From positions 2,490,001-2,522,000 of the forward strand of contig NZ_CP010904.1 in the NCBI RefSeq assembly GCF_001017655.1: a stretch of 32,000 bases of DNA, read 5' to 3'. A model generated the notes under the pieces. The model had not been told where the DNA came from. It did no database searches and worked only from the letters and a program-made list of their open reading frames with translations. This stretch comes from Kiritimatiella glycovorans. GTDB lineage: Bacteria; Verrucomicrobiota; Kiritimatiellia; Kiritimatiellales; Kiritimatiellaceae. Each line of letters opens with the position of its first letter. The first letter of the stretch is position 1. Made by a program: the position numbers and the translations under genes. Below are positions 31,222-32,000 of the stretch, one piece after another.

Positions 31222-32000
31222 CTACTCGAACGCGTTGTCCGCAGTGGTGATCCGGAAGCAGGAACCGTCGATGTCGAGCGCCTGGCCCTCGGGCTCCACA
31301 AACCGGTTGTCCACGATCAGGGTGTCGTAACACCCGTTACGCATACGGATCATCGTGCGGTTCCCGTGGGTCGGGGTACCGAACACACAGTCGGAGATGA
31401 TGCCCCAGTAGGTTTCATCCATGTCGAGGTCGACGTACGGATACGCGCTGTTCCCGGTCATTCCGACAAACTGGCAGCTCGTAATCTGATAGAGCTTGCG
31501 GTGCTCCATGAGAATCCCGGTATCCCGGCACCGGAACCGGCAACCATCGATCATCAGCCCCGGTTCATGGCCTTTGTCGTAGATATGCAGTCCGATGCGA
31601 CAGCTCTCTACCGAACAGCCGATATACGTCCCGCCTTCCGGCGCGCCGGCGGGATCGGAATTGTCGCAGGAGATCCCGGTGTGCGCGGAGTAGACCTCAC
31701 AGTCCTGCATTGCGGGACCGTAACAGTTGTCGTAGACGATCCCCTTCTGCATCGCGAACAACGGCGAGCTGTCGGTGAGGTTGGTACTGACCCCGGGGCC
31801 GTAGGGGCCGGCGACATTCACTCCCTGAAGCAGCGGGCGCCAGACCCCGAAGGCATTGATCCCGATGTCGAAATAATCCTCGGACGGATCCGCACTGCGA
31901 ATATCGACGGCCTCCATGATCAGGGCACGGGCATGAACATTGCCGCCGGGTGCGGACCAGAAGTCGAACGCCGTCCCCGCGCCGGGGCGGTCGGCGAGTA
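31222..32000 (-). CDS. Cys-rich right-handed parallel beta-helix (pectate-lyase-fold) repeat protein; N-terminus outside window
   Basis: The frame stays open from the track start (31917) to the window edge (...AFDFWSAPGGNVHARALIMEAVDI...). There are periodic ~22-25 aa repeats with G/N/D turns and conserved Cys (CSVESCRIGLH, DGCRFRCRDTGI, ITSCQFVGM, ISDCVFG, LIVDNRF). Confidence 0.5.
   Translation of the reverse strand, partial: LADRPGAGTAFDFWSAPGGNVHARALIMEAVDIRSADPSEDYFDIGINAFGVWRPLLQGVNVAGPYGPGVSTNLTDSSPLFAMQKGIVYDNCYGPAMQDCEVYSAHTGISCDNSDPAGAPEGGTYIGCSVESCRIGLHIYDKGHEPGLMIDGCRFRCRDTGILMEHRKLYQITSCQFVGMTGNSAYPYVDLDMDETYWGIISDCVFGTPTHGNRTMIRMRNGCYDTLIVDNRFVEPEGQALDIDGSCFRITTADNAFE

Overview
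GC-rich bacterial chromosomal window. The gene content (S1 sulfatase, GH2, GH127-like, SASA esterase, many signal peptides) suggests a glycan-degrading heterotroph of the Planctomycetes-Verrucomicrobia-Chlamydiae (PVC) group, such as Kiritimatiellota, Verrucomicrobiota or Lentisphaerota. That taxonomic placement is inference only. Layout: (1) nt 1-7601, + strand, is a tightly packed housekeeping operon: CYTH protein, tilS, ftsH, folP, cdaA, cdaR and a secreted TPR protein, several joined by 4-nt start/stop overlaps. (2) nt 7757-14846, + strand, is a glycoside-metabolism cluster: a PHP::GT4 fusion protein, a second GT4-like glycosyltransferase, and a GH13_18 sucrose-phosphorylase-family enzyme. 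This cluster is interrupted by the most unusual element in the window. It is a ~1.5 kb non-coding array (about 10272-11780) of abutting 17-24 bp units, most carrying a C(GNA)G mini-hairpin, organised into a near-identical 404-bp higher-order repeat. (3) nt 14909-28958 holds complex or sulfated glycan degradation genes: a sulfatase::GH2 single-polypeptide fusion, a GH127-like enzyme with a discoidin domain, a beta-propeller GH-like protein, and a SASA-type esterase. A malic enzyme gene and an IclR+AraC regulator pair sit among them. (4) nt 29021-30971, - strand, is a complete group II intron with an endonuclease-less RT/maturase, followed by a partial Cys-rich beta-helix protein at the window edge. 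No rRNA genes, tRNA genes, CRISPR arrays or cas genes were seen. Many long ORFs in the track are antisense shadows typical of high-GC DNA and were not called.
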